Shown piece by piece: positions 39,285 to 48,333 of a stretch of 64,000 nucleotides of DNA. The translations under genes were made by a program, and so were the position numbers. The stretch spans positions 26,051 to 90,050 of the forward strand of contig JBEBXO010000002.1 of assembly GCA_040391585.1 (NCBI GenBank). Reading direction: 5' to 3'. Each line of letters begins with the position of its first letter. The stretch's first letter is position 1. Below the pieces are notes generated by a model. That model was not told the origin of the DNA, did not search any database, and was given only the letters and a program-made list of their open reading frames with translations. This DNA is from Paenimyroides ummariense (GTDB lineage Bacteria; Bacteroidota; Bacteroidia; Flavobacteriales; Flavobacteriaceae).

Positions 39285-39358
39285 TGTAAATTATTTTAGT
39301 CAAATTTAGTGAATTGTTTTTGATTTTGAATTGGTTGACGGTTTTTATAACATTTCTG

Positions 39359-39907
39359 CTAACATATTTTTTTAATTGAGAAGTTACTGATTAATTCTGT
39401 AAATAAAGTGCTTTCCAAATTGCTTAACGTATGATTCCAATCGCCTGTAACAATTTTGTTTGCTGATTGTAAACGGTCGTACGTGTATTGATAATCTAAA
39501 ACCTCATCATTTTTTCCTAAAATAACTAATCCATTTGAAAGGTTTTCCTGCGGATTTTTTAATTGTTCGGCTAATGCCAAAGGGAAATTAAGGTTTTCTA
39601 TTTTGCGTTGTTCCACATTTAATAACGGGTTTATCAATACAAAAAATAGTTTTTTATCAGCAAACTTTTCTAAAAGCTGGTAAGTGAAATTGCCTCCGGT
39701 TGATGAGCCAATCAAACATATTGGTTCATGCCATTGTACAGATTGTTCTAATTGTTTGGTTAGTTGCTCTAGAATATCTTCTTTAAACTCATTCCATTCC
39801 AAAGCAATGGCTTTGTCATTATTCTGTTCGGCAAAATCTTTAATCAATCTAAATTTGTTACTACCTGCGCCTGTTGTTCCAAAGCCGTGAATGTAAACGT
39901 ACTGCAT
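39359..39907 (-). CDS. YqiA-like alpha/beta-hydrolase esterase
   Basis: N-terminal YIHGFG oxyanion region and nucleophile elbow GSSTGG (GxSxG) in a 182-aa protein. Confidence 0.6.
   Translation of the reverse strand: MQYVYIHGFGTTGAGSNKFRLIKDFAEQNNDKAIALEWNEFKEDILEQLTKQLEQSVQWHEPICLIGSSTGGNFTYQLLEKFADKKLFFVLINPLLNVEQRKIENLNFPLALAEQLKNPQENLSNGLVILGKNDEVLDYQYTYDRLQSANKIVTGDWNHTLSNLESTLFTELISNFSIKKIC
39363..39464. repeat. direct repeat B: functional 3' end of the esterase gene
   Basis: Partner of 38604..38704, offset by 759 bp. Confidence 0.8.
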
Positions 39908-40653
39908 TATTTTTTAGTAAAAAGTTTTATGGTGAAATCTAATAATTGTTGGTTACCTACAGTGCCATGACCGGGAATAATGGTTTTAATATCGGGATAA
40001 GTATCTTTTATAAGTTGTACTGTTTGTGCCCAGTCTTGCTCATTTGCATCTTCTAAATTACCTTTACCGGCATTTAATTCTTTTATCAAGCAACCTCCGA
40101 ATAATACTTTTTTAGAAGGTACGTATGCCACTATGTTATCTTTTGTATGACCTTCGCCAAAGAAATCAAGTAAAATTTTTTCATTACCAACTGTCAATTT
40201 TAAAGACTTATCGAAACTCTTTTGCGGCACGGGAAGTTGTTTTTCTTTTGTAATAGCAATTGTTTTAAAATTGGCAACCGACGGAATGTTGTGTTTGTGA
40301 AATGCATTCAATCCGCCTAGGCAATCATCATGAAAATGGGTAGAAACAACCGTTGTTATTTTACTTTTTAAATGGTTCTGAATCCATTGTATTAATTCCT
40401 CTGATGTTTCATCGTTAACAGGCGTATCAATTACAGCTGTTTTGTTGTTGCTTTGAACAATCATTCCGTTGCAGGGAACGTTTCCAAAACTTTCGGTTTG
40501 CAAATAGGAAGTATGTTGGTAAATACCCGGCGAAATTTGTGTGATTACTAAACTTTCGGACTGATAAACGGTTTTAGTAGTTTTCTTTTGTGTGGAACAA
40601 CTACAGCTTAATATCAAACAAACAGAAAGTAAAACTAATTGAAAAATTTTCAT
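39907..40653 (-). CDS. subclass B1 metallo-beta-lactamase (lipoprotein)
   Basis: Zinc ligand motifs in B1 order and spacing: HFHDD, GEGHTKDN, GGCLIK and PGHG. Lipobox LSCSC after ATG 40653. Confidence 0.8.
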   Translation of the reverse strand: MKIFQLVLLSVCLILSCSCSTQKKTTKTVYQSESLVITQISPGIYQHTSYLQTESFGNVPCNGMIVQSNNKTAVIDTPVNDETSEELIQWIQNHLKSKITTVVSTHFHDDCLGGLNAFHKHNIPSVANFKTIAITKEKQLPVPQKSFDKSLKLTVGNEKILLDFFGEGHTKDNIVAYVPSKKVLFGGCLIKELNAGKGNLEDANEQDWAQTVQLIKDTYPDIKTIIPGHGTVGNQQLLDFTIKLFTKK

Positions 40654-40719
40654 AGTTAACAGATTTGTTTTTAAAGTACAAAACAAAAAATCCCCTTTAA
40701 ATTAAAACGGATTAATAGC

Positions 40720-41097
40720 TTATATTTTAGTAATCTTATTGTTTACACCAGCAACCGCAGTTATTACTTTTCCATCGGCAGCCGATGATTTCTTGTAATT
40801 TACCTTATTTCCGGTTCCTTCAATACTAATTGATTTTACATCGTCAACCGTAACAACATTGTCTACACCTTCAACTTTAACCGCATTGCAGGCGCCTATA
40901 ATTGTTATTTTGTTGTTGGTGCCTTCAATTCTTATTGTTTCATCGCCTGTAGCTTCTATTTTTTTTGTGATACCTACACCTTCTACAACAATTTCTTTTT
41001 GTTGTTGCACAGAATTTTCAGTTGTAAATTGAGCTGCAACAGCAACAGATGCCGCACCTAAACATAAAATGGCAAGTGCTATAATTCTTTTTTTCAT
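40720..41097 (-). CDS. DUF3060-like secreted repeat protein
   Basis: Signal peptide and repeated (V/I)EG-x-xN-x-(V/I)-x-(V/I) units. Confidence 0.5.
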   Translation of the reverse strand: MKKRIIALAILCLGAASVAVAAQFTTENSVQQQKEIVVEGVGITKKIEATGDETIRIEGTNNKITIIGACNAVKVEGVDNVVTVDDVKSISIEGTGNKVNYKKSSAADGKVITAVAGVNNKITKI

Positions 41098-41159
41098 AAT
41101 CTTTCTTTTTTATAAATATACAATTATAATACCAATTTCTTCTATTGACTATTTAAAAA

Positions 41160-41756
41160 TTAATAATACAGATGAAACCCTAAATTGGTACAAAGGGCAT
41201 AATGTTTTTGGAATAATTCTTCAACTACATCGGTAACATCTTCAAAGTTAGCGTATAAACTAAAAAAATGATAATCTAATAACATACTGCTTGTAAAACT
41301 TTTATCTTGATAGCCCGAAATAGCTTTTGCGCCCGTTACATCTAAAAAATATTGAGCGGTTTCACTATCAAGGTTTAATGTCTTAGAATTGGCAAAATGC
41401 AGTATTTTACCTTTTAATTTTCCTTCAAAAAGTTCGGCAATTTCTTCTAAAGTGTACAGATAATCGTTTACAATGATTTCGTTTTCTGTTCCGCCACAAA
41501 TAAAATACAACAGATCATAATCTTTAAAATTACGATCTTCATAAAGTAATGTGTTTAAGCTGTTTTCGAAATCTTCTATCGAGTCGACAGCTTTGTAAAC
41601 ATTCACAATGCTGTGTTGTCTTACCAACTGTTCTAAAAGCGGAAAAATTGAACTTTCTGCAGATTCATCGACACTTTTAACGCATTCCAAACAGAATAAT
41701 TTCAGTTGTTCGTTAGATAAATACATCGGTTTGTTTTTTATAAAGATACGTTTCAT
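41160..41756 (-). CDS. hypothetical protein
   Basis: 198-aa ORF with no confident motif. Confidence 0.3.
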   Translation of the reverse strand: MKRIFIKNKPMYLSNEQLKLFCLECVKSVDESAESSIFPLLEQLVRQHSIVNVYKAVDSIEDFENSLNTLLYEDRNFKDYDLLYFICGGTENEIIVNDYLYTLEEIAELFEGKLKGKILHFANSKTLNLDSETAQYFLDVTGAKAISGYQDKSFTSSMLLDYHFFSLYANFEDVTDVVEELFQKHYALCTNLGFHLYY

Positions 41757-41862
41757 TTATGAAATGAAACCGACAGATGATCTGCTTTTGATATTTTTTG
41801 TAATATTTAATATACTATTTAAATTTCTTTAACGTTTTAACAATTAGGTTTGCAATAACCAA

Positions 41863-42768
41863 ATGTTATTTATGAAACAACTGTTACTTTTTCTTTTATT
41901 ATCGATACCAGTCGTTGCACAAAAATCTTTTTTAGTGAAAGATGCATCAACCAATGAACCTATTGCATACACCGCTGTTTTTACTGAAAATGGAGCGTTT
42001 AAAATAAATACCGAGCTCGACGGCAGTTTTATAATTCCCAATGAATTTTTGCATGAAGTTTTTGTTTTTGATGCAGTTGGATACGAAACTAAACAACAAA
42101 CTTTAACCGAAATTGTTTTATTAGAACCCAAAAGCGAACTTTTAGATGAAGTTGTGATTGTTCCAAGGTTAGGAACAAAGGAGATTAAGGTTGGGTCGGT
42201 AAAAAGATCAGAACAAAAAACAGGATTTAGCACTGGTGTTATTGAAAACACATGGAGTTTTGGTAGATTTTTTCATTATGATAGACAAATAGAAAAGCAT
42301 CCATTTATAAAAGATGTAACTTTTAGATTAAACGCTAGACAAAAGGCGGCTACTTATGCTGTGAAAATATATGAAGCAGATGAAAAAGGTTTTCCTGCAG
42401 AACTTTTACATGATGAATTGATAGTTGGTAAAATTGAAAATCGAAAAAAAATATCAAAAATTGATTTATTGCCATATAAGATTATAATTCCCAAGAATGG
42501 TATTGTAGTAGTTTTTGAATGGCTTACTATTGAAAGCAATTATTATGAATTTGAGTATTATTCTGAAAAAGATAAAAAAGTAAAAATAGGTAAAGGATAT
42601 AATCCAACGATTCGAGCAACTACAACAACCGATAAAAAGCAATCTTTAATTAAATACCATGTTATAACTAAGAATAATTGGGAAAATATAACTCATGATT
42701 TTTTGTTAGAACATATTGAAAAAGGAGCGTATCCTTTGATAATGTGCGAACTTACTCTTACAAACTAG
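41863..42768 (+). CDS. secreted protein with carboxypeptidase-regulatory-like N-terminal domain
   Basis: Signal peptide and FLVKDASTNEPIAYTAV...DGSFIIP, a CarboxypepD_reg-like beta-sandwich pattern. Confidence 0.45.
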   Translation: MLFMKQLLLFLLLSIPVVAQKSFLVKDASTNEPIAYTAVFTENGAFKINTELDGSFIIPNEFLHEVFVFDAVGYETKQQTLTEIVLLEPKSELLDEVVIVPRLGTKEIKVGSVKRSEQKTGFSTGVIENTWSFGRFFHYDRQIEKHPFIKDVTFRLNARQKAATYAVKIYEADEKGFPAELLHDELIVGKIENRKKISKIDLLPYKIIIPKNGIVVVFEWLTIESNYYEFEYYSEKDKKVKIGKGYNPTIRATTTTDKKQSLIKYHVITKNNWENITHDFLLEHIEKGAYPLIMCELTLTN

Positions 42769-42807
42769 AACCAATACAAACATTTTTGATAGCTGTTTAT
42801 TCAGCAG

Positions 42808-42836
42808 AAAAGCCACTCAAATCAAGTGGCTTTTTA
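42808..42836. terminator. bidirectional terminator
   Basis: aaagccact / agtggcttt stem. Confidence 0.6.
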
Positions 42837-42837
42837 A

Positions 42838-43401
42838 TTATACTTTCATGATCTCTGCTTCTTTTTCAGCGTAGATCTCATCTATTTTCTTAATATAATT
42901 GTCGGTTAGTTTTTGTATACGGTCTTCGGCATCTTTACAAACATCTTCAGAAGTTCCTTCTTTTTCTTGTTTTTTAATATCGGTATTGGCATCTTTACGA
43001 GCATTACGGATCGATATTTTAGCATCTTCGGCTTCTGTTTTTGCCTGTTTAGATAAGTCTTTTCTTCGTTCTTCTGTTAACGCAGGAATGTTAATAATAA
43101 TCATGTCGCCATTGTTCATAGGGTTTAATCCTAAATTGGCTATCATAATTGCTTTTTCAATAGGCTGTAACATATTTTTTTCCCAAGGAGTAACCGTTAA
43201 GGTACGCGGATCGGGAACATTGATGTTTGCTACCTGTGACAAAGCAGTTGCCGAACCGTAGTAATCTACAAATACAGCACCTAACATTTGTGGGTTTGCT
43301 TTACCTGCACGAATGTTTAACAAAGCTTTGTTTAAATGTTCAATAGAACCGTTCATTGATTCTTTTGCCTCATCGATGATAAAATTAATTTCTTCTGTCA
43401 T
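42838..43401 (-). CDS. frr: ribosome recycling factor
   Basis: 187 aa with conserved IRAGKANPQML and PALTEERRKDL. Confidence 0.9.
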   Translation of the reverse strand: MTEEINFIIDEAKESMNGSIEHLNKALLNIRAGKANPQMLGAVFVDYYGSATALSQVANINVPDPRTLTVTPWEKNMLQPIEKAIMIANLGLNPMNNGDMIIINIPALTEERRKDLSKQAKTEAEDAKISIRNARKDANTDIKKQEKEGTSEDVCKDAEDRIQKLTDNYIKKIDEIYAEKEAEIMKV

Positions 43402-43416
43402 GGCTTTATTTTATGA

Positions 43417-44121
43417 TTAGTTTACGGTAGTACCAATATTTTCGCCTTGGCACACTTTTAATAAATTACTTTCTTTATTCATATCAAAAACAACAATAGG
43501 GAAGTTGTTTTCCTGACTTAAAGTAAAGGCAGTTGTATCCATTACGTTTAATCCTTTTTCCAATACATCGTTAAAGGTAATGTTTTCGTATTTTGTTGCT
43601 GTTGGATCTTTTTCAGGATCGGCTGTGTAAATGCCATCTACGCGTGTTCCTTTTAAAATTACATCAGCGTTTACTTCAATTCCACGTAAAACGGCAGCAG
43701 TATCGGTTGTAAAATAAGGGTTTCCTGTACCTGCACCAAAAATTACAATTCTACCTTTTTCTAAATGGCGTGTTGCTCTGCGTTTAATATAAGGCTCTGC
43801 AATTGCTTCAATTTTTAAAGCAGTTTGCAAACGAGTTAACATACCTGCGTCTTCTAAAGCACCTTGTAATGCCATACCGTTAATTACGGTTGCTAACATA
43901 CCCATATAATCGCCTTGAACGCGATCCATACCTTTGCTTGCGCCGGCAACACCTCTAAAAATGTTTCCTCCACCAATAACAATGGCTACTTCAACACCTA
44001 AATCAACTACTTTTTTTATTTCTTGTGCGTATTCGGCCAAACGATTTGGATCGATACCATATTGGTTATCACCCATTAACGCCTCGCCACTTAATTTTAG
44101 AAGTATTCTTTTGTATTTCAT
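43417..44121 (-). CDS. pyrH: UMP kinase
   Basis: [13 protein letters not shown] and GGGNIFRG motifs. Start at 44121 is preferred over 44199. Confidence 0.9.
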   Translation of the reverse strand: MKYKRILLKLSGEALMGDNQYGIDPNRLAEYAQEIKKVVDLGVEVAIVIGGGNIFRGVAGASKGMDRVQGDYMGMLATVINGMALQGALEDAGMLTRLQTALKIEAIAEPYIKRRATRHLEKGRIVIFGAGTGNPYFTTDTAAVLRGIEVNADVILKGTRVDGIYTADPEKDPTATKYENITFNDVLEKGLNVMDTTAFTLSQENNFPIVVFDMNKESNLLKVCQGENIGTTVN

Positions 44122-44255
44122 ACCGATGGAAAATTTATTTGCAAATATACCATTTTTGCTATTGTTTGAAAATGTATGTTGAGAATTATTTATAAGCATT
44201 AAAGTTTACTGTTTTATGCGGATACGTTTAACTTTATAACTTACGCATTTTCTAC

Positions 44256-45047
44256 TCAAGGTGTTATTTTATCTTTAATTTTTTCAAAGTTCACTTTTGC
44301 TTCGTTGTAACCTATATCGAAAATCTCGTCCATACGTTTTTTTGATGTTTCAAAGGTGCTGTAATTCGCCAAAGCTTCGGGTTGAATATGCCAGTCGCAC
44401 AATTCATTCTGTGGAAAAGTGTTCTGCATCATCATAATTTCAAATGCACGCAATGCCACCGATTTTATAGAACTGAATTTTGACGGCTGTTGTGTTAAAT
44501 ACGGATTCACATTGCTGCCAATTAAAAAATCGCATCGACCCTGAATGGTGTTTACCGGATAATTGTTTAAAATACCGCCATCGCTATACACCTTATTGTT
44601 AATGATTACAGGTGAAAATACACCCGGGAAAGCACTAGAAGCTAATATTGCTTGTACAATTTGCGTGTTTTTATGAAATATTTTCAGTTTGCCTCGTTCA
44701 ATTTCGGTTGCCGAAATATATAGTTCTATATCTAATTCACGAATGGTTTTTTTACCAAATTCTTTTTCCAAATAGCGTGCAAACTGATCGGCATCTAAAA
44801 AACCGGCTTTCCTAAACGAAAGGTGGCTCCAGCTAAATAAATTCACCGATTTAAAAAAACTTAATATTTCTTTAGGTTTTTTGCCGTTCGCATACAGGCC
44901 GCCAACAATTGATCCGGCGCTGGTTCCCGAAATTATTTCAGGAAAAATACCTTGTTCGTTCAAAAATTGCAGAACTCCTGCGTGGGCAATACCTTTGTGA
45001 CCGCCACCCGACAAAGCCAAGCCAAAAACGGTTGTTTTAATACTCAT
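44256..45047 (-). CDS. patatin-like phospholipase
   Basis: GGGxxG oxyanion motif (SGGGHKG), GTSAG nucleophile and a DGG catalytic Asp motif. Start at 45047. Confidence 0.8.
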   Translation of the reverse strand: MSIKTTVFGLALSGGGHKGIAHAGVLQFLNEQGIFPEIISGTSAGSIVGGLYANGKKPKEILSFFKSVNLFSWSHLSFRKAGFLDADQFARYLEKEFGKKTIRELDIELYISATEIERGKLKIFHKNTQIVQAILASSAFPGVFSPVIINNKVYSDGGILNNYPVNTIQGRCDFLIGSNVNPYLTQQPSKFSSIKSVALRAFEIMMMQNTFPQNELCDWHIQPEALANYSTFETSKKRMDEIFDIGYNEAKVNFEKIKDKITP

Positions 45048-45098
45048 AAACCTTTTAGTAACGTTAAAAATCGTTATTTTTGTATAAAAGTACAAATT

Positions 45099-45704
45099 AT
45101 GAAAACCATTTACCAGAATGCCCTGCAAAATTCAATGTCTTATGCAGAATATTTAAATTTAATTGATGAAAAAATAGCACAAAACAGTTCAACCGGACAC
45201 GAACAAAACGAAATGTTGAGCGATTTTACCAAATTGAACCGTGCACGTATGAAGCGTTTAGATAAAACACAGCAAATACTTCCGGAATTAGAAAAACTAA
45301 CAAGACAAATTTCTGAAAAACAGGTTTGGATTGTACTTACCGAAAGCTGGTGTGGTGATGCTGCGCAGAATGTTCCGGTATTGCAAAAACTTGCCGAAAT
45401 AAACCCAATGATTGATTTGCGTTTGGTTTTACGTGATGATAATGAGGAGTTGATGCAGCAGTATTTAACCAATGGCGGAAAATCAATCCCAAAATTAATT
45501 GCTGTTTCTGCCGATTTAGAAAAAGAATTGTTTACTTGGGGACCACGCCCAGCAACTGCACAAGTTGAAGTGAAACGACTTTTAGATGAAAACGGTGGTT
45601 TTAATGATATAGTGAAAGAAGGAATTCAAATTTGGTACAACAACGATAAAGGAATTTCTATGCAGAACGAATTAATAGAATTACTACAAAACGCAGCTAA
45701 TTAA
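45099..45704 (+). CDS. thioredoxin-fold family protein
   Basis: ESWCGDAAQ (WCxD-type motif). Start at ATG 45099; the track start at 44952 overlaps the divergent patatin gene. Confidence 0.6.
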   Translation: MKTIYQNALQNSMSYAEYLNLIDEKIAQNSSTGHEQNEMLSDFTKLNRARMKRLDKTQQILPELEKLTRQISEKQVWIVLTESWCGDAAQNVPVLQKLAEINPMIDLRLVLRDDNEELMQQYLTNGGKSIPKLIAVSADLEKELFTWGPRPATAQVEVKRLLDENGGFNDIVKEGIQIWYNNDKGISMQNELIELLQNAAN

Positions 45705-45728
45705 GCTGCGTTTTTTGAGTTCTATCTT

Positions 45729-45806
45729 GTCATTCAGAGTGAAATGAAATGTAACGAAGAATCTCATTCAATTGCTAATGAGATTCCTCTTTCGTAGGAA
45801 TGACAA
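45729..45806. repeat. 78-nt imperfect palindromic hairpin element
   Basis: Outer stem tgtcattc (45729-45736) / gaatgaca (45799-45806). Inner stem gaatctcatt (45759-45768) / aatgagattc (45777-45786). Confidence 0.65.
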
Positions 45807-45825
45807 AATTATTGACAAATTAAGT

Positions 45826-46689
45826 TTATTTCAACAAAGCATTTGTGCGTCTAATAGCTTCTGTATCTTTATAATCTAACCATTGTTGTCCTTTGCTTTT
45901 GCGCATGTAATTATCGTAATATCTGTTAAACACTACATTTTTTAAACCATTGAACAAGTTTTTGGGTCTGCCTGCTAACGATCGCAAGCTTAACGAAAAA
46001 CCTGGAGTTAAATATTTCATATAATGCCACCAACCTTCGGGCATATACAGCATTTCGCCGTGTTGTAAATTGGTAATATACGGATTAACTTTTCTTAAAG
46101 CAGGGAAACGGTCAAAATCGGGATTATCAAAATCTATTTCTTCATGGCAAATCCACGAATAGGGTAGGCGGTACATGTACTTTGTATCCTTTGGATCGAC
46201 CAAAACACACTGCTTTTTCCCAGAAAAATGAAAATGGAAAATATTTGGGAAATCAATATCGTAATGCATAAAAACCTTGGCATCTTCACCCCCAAAAAAC
46301 ACTAATGGTAAACTTTTTAATAAACGCAGTCCTAAATCGGGCCAGCGCATATCGTCTTTCATTTGTGGGGCATCTTTCATAAGATTGTACAGAAAAATAC
46401 GCAGATCGGTTGGTCCTTTTTCCAAAATATCAATGTATTCTGCCATGGTCATTTTAAAATCGGGTTCGTTTACTTTTTTAGTGTAATCGGTTTTTCTGCT
46501 GTCATAAAGTGGCACAATTTTATCGCCGGCTACTTCACGAATAAAATCTAAATTCCATTTGGTAAATGCAGGCCAGTCTTCTATTTGATTAGTTATAACC
46601 ACTGGTTTCTGCTTTTTATAGTAATTCTCAATGAACTCTTTTTTTGTAAGCTTTGTTACACGTTCAATCTCTATATAATTAAACCCCAT
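45826..46689 (-). CDS. cupin-like / JmjC domain protein
   Basis: 287 aa. HYD (Fe-binding H-x-D) within FMHYDIDFPN, plus a later WWHYMK pattern typical of JmjC-type cupins. Confidence 0.6.
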   Translation of the reverse strand: MGFNYIEIERVTKLTKKEFIENYYKKQKPVVITNQIEDWPAFTKWNLDFIREVAGDKIVPLYDSRKTDYTKKVNEPDFKMTMAEYIDILEKGPTDLRIFLYNLMKDAPQMKDDMRWPDLGLRLLKSLPLVFFGGEDAKVFMHYDIDFPNIFHFHFSGKKQCVLVDPKDTKYMYRLPYSWICHEEIDFDNPDFDRFPALRKVNPYITNLQHGEMLYMPEGWWHYMKYLTPGFSLSLRSLAGRPKNLFNGLKNVVFNRYYDNYMRKSKGQQWLDYKDTEAIRRTNALLK

Positions 46690-46832
46690 ACTAAATTACA
46701 CCTTAAATTATATGATGTATAAAATTACTGATTATTACTGTTTGTTTATCGTAATTAAATTAGTTTTAACAATAAATATATCTGCCTGTTGAATAGCAAT
46801 AAGTTGATGAAATCTGTGTATTTGTTGGTGTT

Positions 46833-47588
46833 TTACAAAGATTTTGTATTCATTAAGCCAGTAAAGGCTTTATTGGTAGCTTCGGTTATTTTTGCGTGAA
46901 TTCCGTTACCGTAACTAACTCTGTGTACACCCAAAGCTGCAAATTCATTGTAAGATTTTAAACCCTCTTTCATAAAAACATTTAATGGCAGTTTTGTGGT
47001 TTGTAAAACTGCTTTGATATCTTCATTGGTATTTATTAAGGGAATAAAAAATCCGTTGGCACCTGCTGCTTCGTAAGCTTTGATGCGTTTTAAGGTTTCG
47101 TTTAATGCATCAGGATGTTTGGTTGTGAAGGTATCAATACGGGCATTGATGTAAATATCTTTTCCTTTTGACTTAAGATGCGATTTTATTGCTTTGATTT
47201 TATCCGTCAAAATAGAAATATCTCCTAACGATCGGTTTTTCCCTTTGGTTAAACCATCTTCCAGATTGATTCCTAAAATATTGGCATCAACCAATTTTTC
47301 TACATTTTTGGCAACTTGTTGTGGATCATCAGAATATCCTGATTCAAAATCGGCTGAAACCAATAGGGAAGTAGATTTCGCAATTTTTTCTACCACAAAA
47401 AACATCTCCTCAAACGGAATAACCTCTCCATCTTCGTATCCTAACATATTTGCAATGGCATGGCTTGATGTTCCTATAACCTGAAAGCCTGCTTTTTCGG
47501 CAGCTTTACTGCTAATGGTATCCCAGGTATTGGCAATTAACAACGGTTGATTTTGGTTGTGTAACGATTTAAATTTGTCTAAACTCAT
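46833..47588 (-). CDS. isocitrate lyase/PEP mutase family protein
   Basis: 251 aa with LLIANTWD, GINLEDG and GANGFFIP patterns of the ICL/PEPM superfamily. Confidence 0.7.
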   Translation of the reverse strand: MSLDKFKSLHNQNQPLLIANTWDTISSKAAEKAGFQVIGTSSHAIANMLGYEDGEVIPFEEMFFVVEKIAKSTSLLVSADFESGYSDDPQQVAKNVEKLVDANILGINLEDGLTKGKNRSLGDISILTDKIKAIKSHLKSKGKDIYINARIDTFTTKHPDALNETLKRIKAYEAAGANGFFIPLINTNEDIKAVLQTTKLPLNVFMKEGLKSYNEFAALGVHRVSYGNGIHAKITEATNKAFTGLMNTKSL

Positions 47589-47703
47589 AGCTTTATAATT
47601 TTTCTTGTTCCTTATAAAATTACGGTTTTTTCAATCGATAAAAAAGCTGTTTATAAAACAAAAGTGGTTTTAACGTTTGATATTTTATATTATAGTTTTA
47701 ATA

Positions 47704-48324
47704 TTAATTATAAATCTTCAAAGTTATTTTTTCATCAAGACTCATTCCGCCTGGATTGCAACCAGGTTTTCCTTCGGGGATTTCTATGCCTTGTTTTGCA
47801 AAGTGTTCTACCCAAACAGGAAAAAAATTTTCAGACTCAGGTTCTTTATACGTCATTGGGAACAATTGAAAAAATGGTTGGTTGTCATTGGCAAATAAAA
47901 AGGCATCGTATAACAATTCAGAACAATAATATTTACCGTTATCGTATAAAAAGTCGTCATCGTACGGTGTGCCTAATTGCTCTTCACAGAACGTTGCTGC
48001 CAACGGAATTAAATGTTGATATGGTTTTTTAAGAGATCCTTTGTAAACAATATCGGTACGTTTTAAAAAATCGTTTAAAGGTGTTTTTACCACTCCTTTG
48101 CTTATGGCTTCGTACACAAAAAAATCTTTGTTGTTGTGCGAATACACCATGCCCACATGATTGAAATCGTTACCTTGAAAACCTTCGGTTACGGCATTTA
48201 TGGCATCGCACATGGCGCCACAATTTAAGTTGATAAAAAGTAAATCGCCGTTTTTTAATTCCGTTTTTTGAGCAAAAGTTGATAGGGTAAAGAGTAAAAA
48301 GAATAGAATGTTTTTCATAAGCAA
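47704..48324 (-). CDS. YiiX/YaeF-type permuted papain-like (C92) enzyme
   Basis: Signal peptide. NGDLLF...NHVGMV and YYCSELLYDAF (catalytic Cys context). Confidence 0.6.
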   Translation of the reverse strand: MLMKNILFFLLFTLSTFAQKTELKNGDLLFINLNCGAMCDAINAVTEGFQGNDFNHVGMVYSHNNKDFFVYEAISKGVVKTPLNDFLKRTDIVYKGSLKKPYQHLIPLAATFCEEQLGTPYDDDFLYDNGKYYCSELLYDAFLFANDNQPFFQLFPMTYKEPESENFFPVWVEHFAKQGIEIPEGKPGCNPGGMSLDEKITLKIYN

Positions 48325-48333
48325 AAAAGAAGC

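Noticed and set aside
41844-42251. A 135-aa minus-strand ORF overlapping the CarboxypepD_reg-like gene. The same applies to other antisense ORFs in the track, for example 173..394, 7388..7696, 12158..12397, 13942..14253, 22689..23132, 33320..33628, 53713..54141 and 56849..57250.
   Set aside because: These are shadow ORFs on the opposite strand of well-supported genes. They have low-complexity or Ser/Leu/Phe-rich translations typical of antisense frames in AT-rich DNA and no motifs.
46805-46835. AAATCTGTGTAT (46811-46822) is identical to the subterminal motif of MITE copy 2, suggesting a solo MITE remnant.
   Set aside because: Similarity does not extend convincingly beyond 12 nt, no TIR is present, and the motif overlaps the 3' end of the ICL/PEPM-family gene. 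It is treated as chance or an unprovable relic.
47664-48032. Plus-strand ORFs 47664..48032 and 47677..47898.
   Set aside because: They are antisense to the YiiX-like gene, which has a signal peptide and catalytic motifs.
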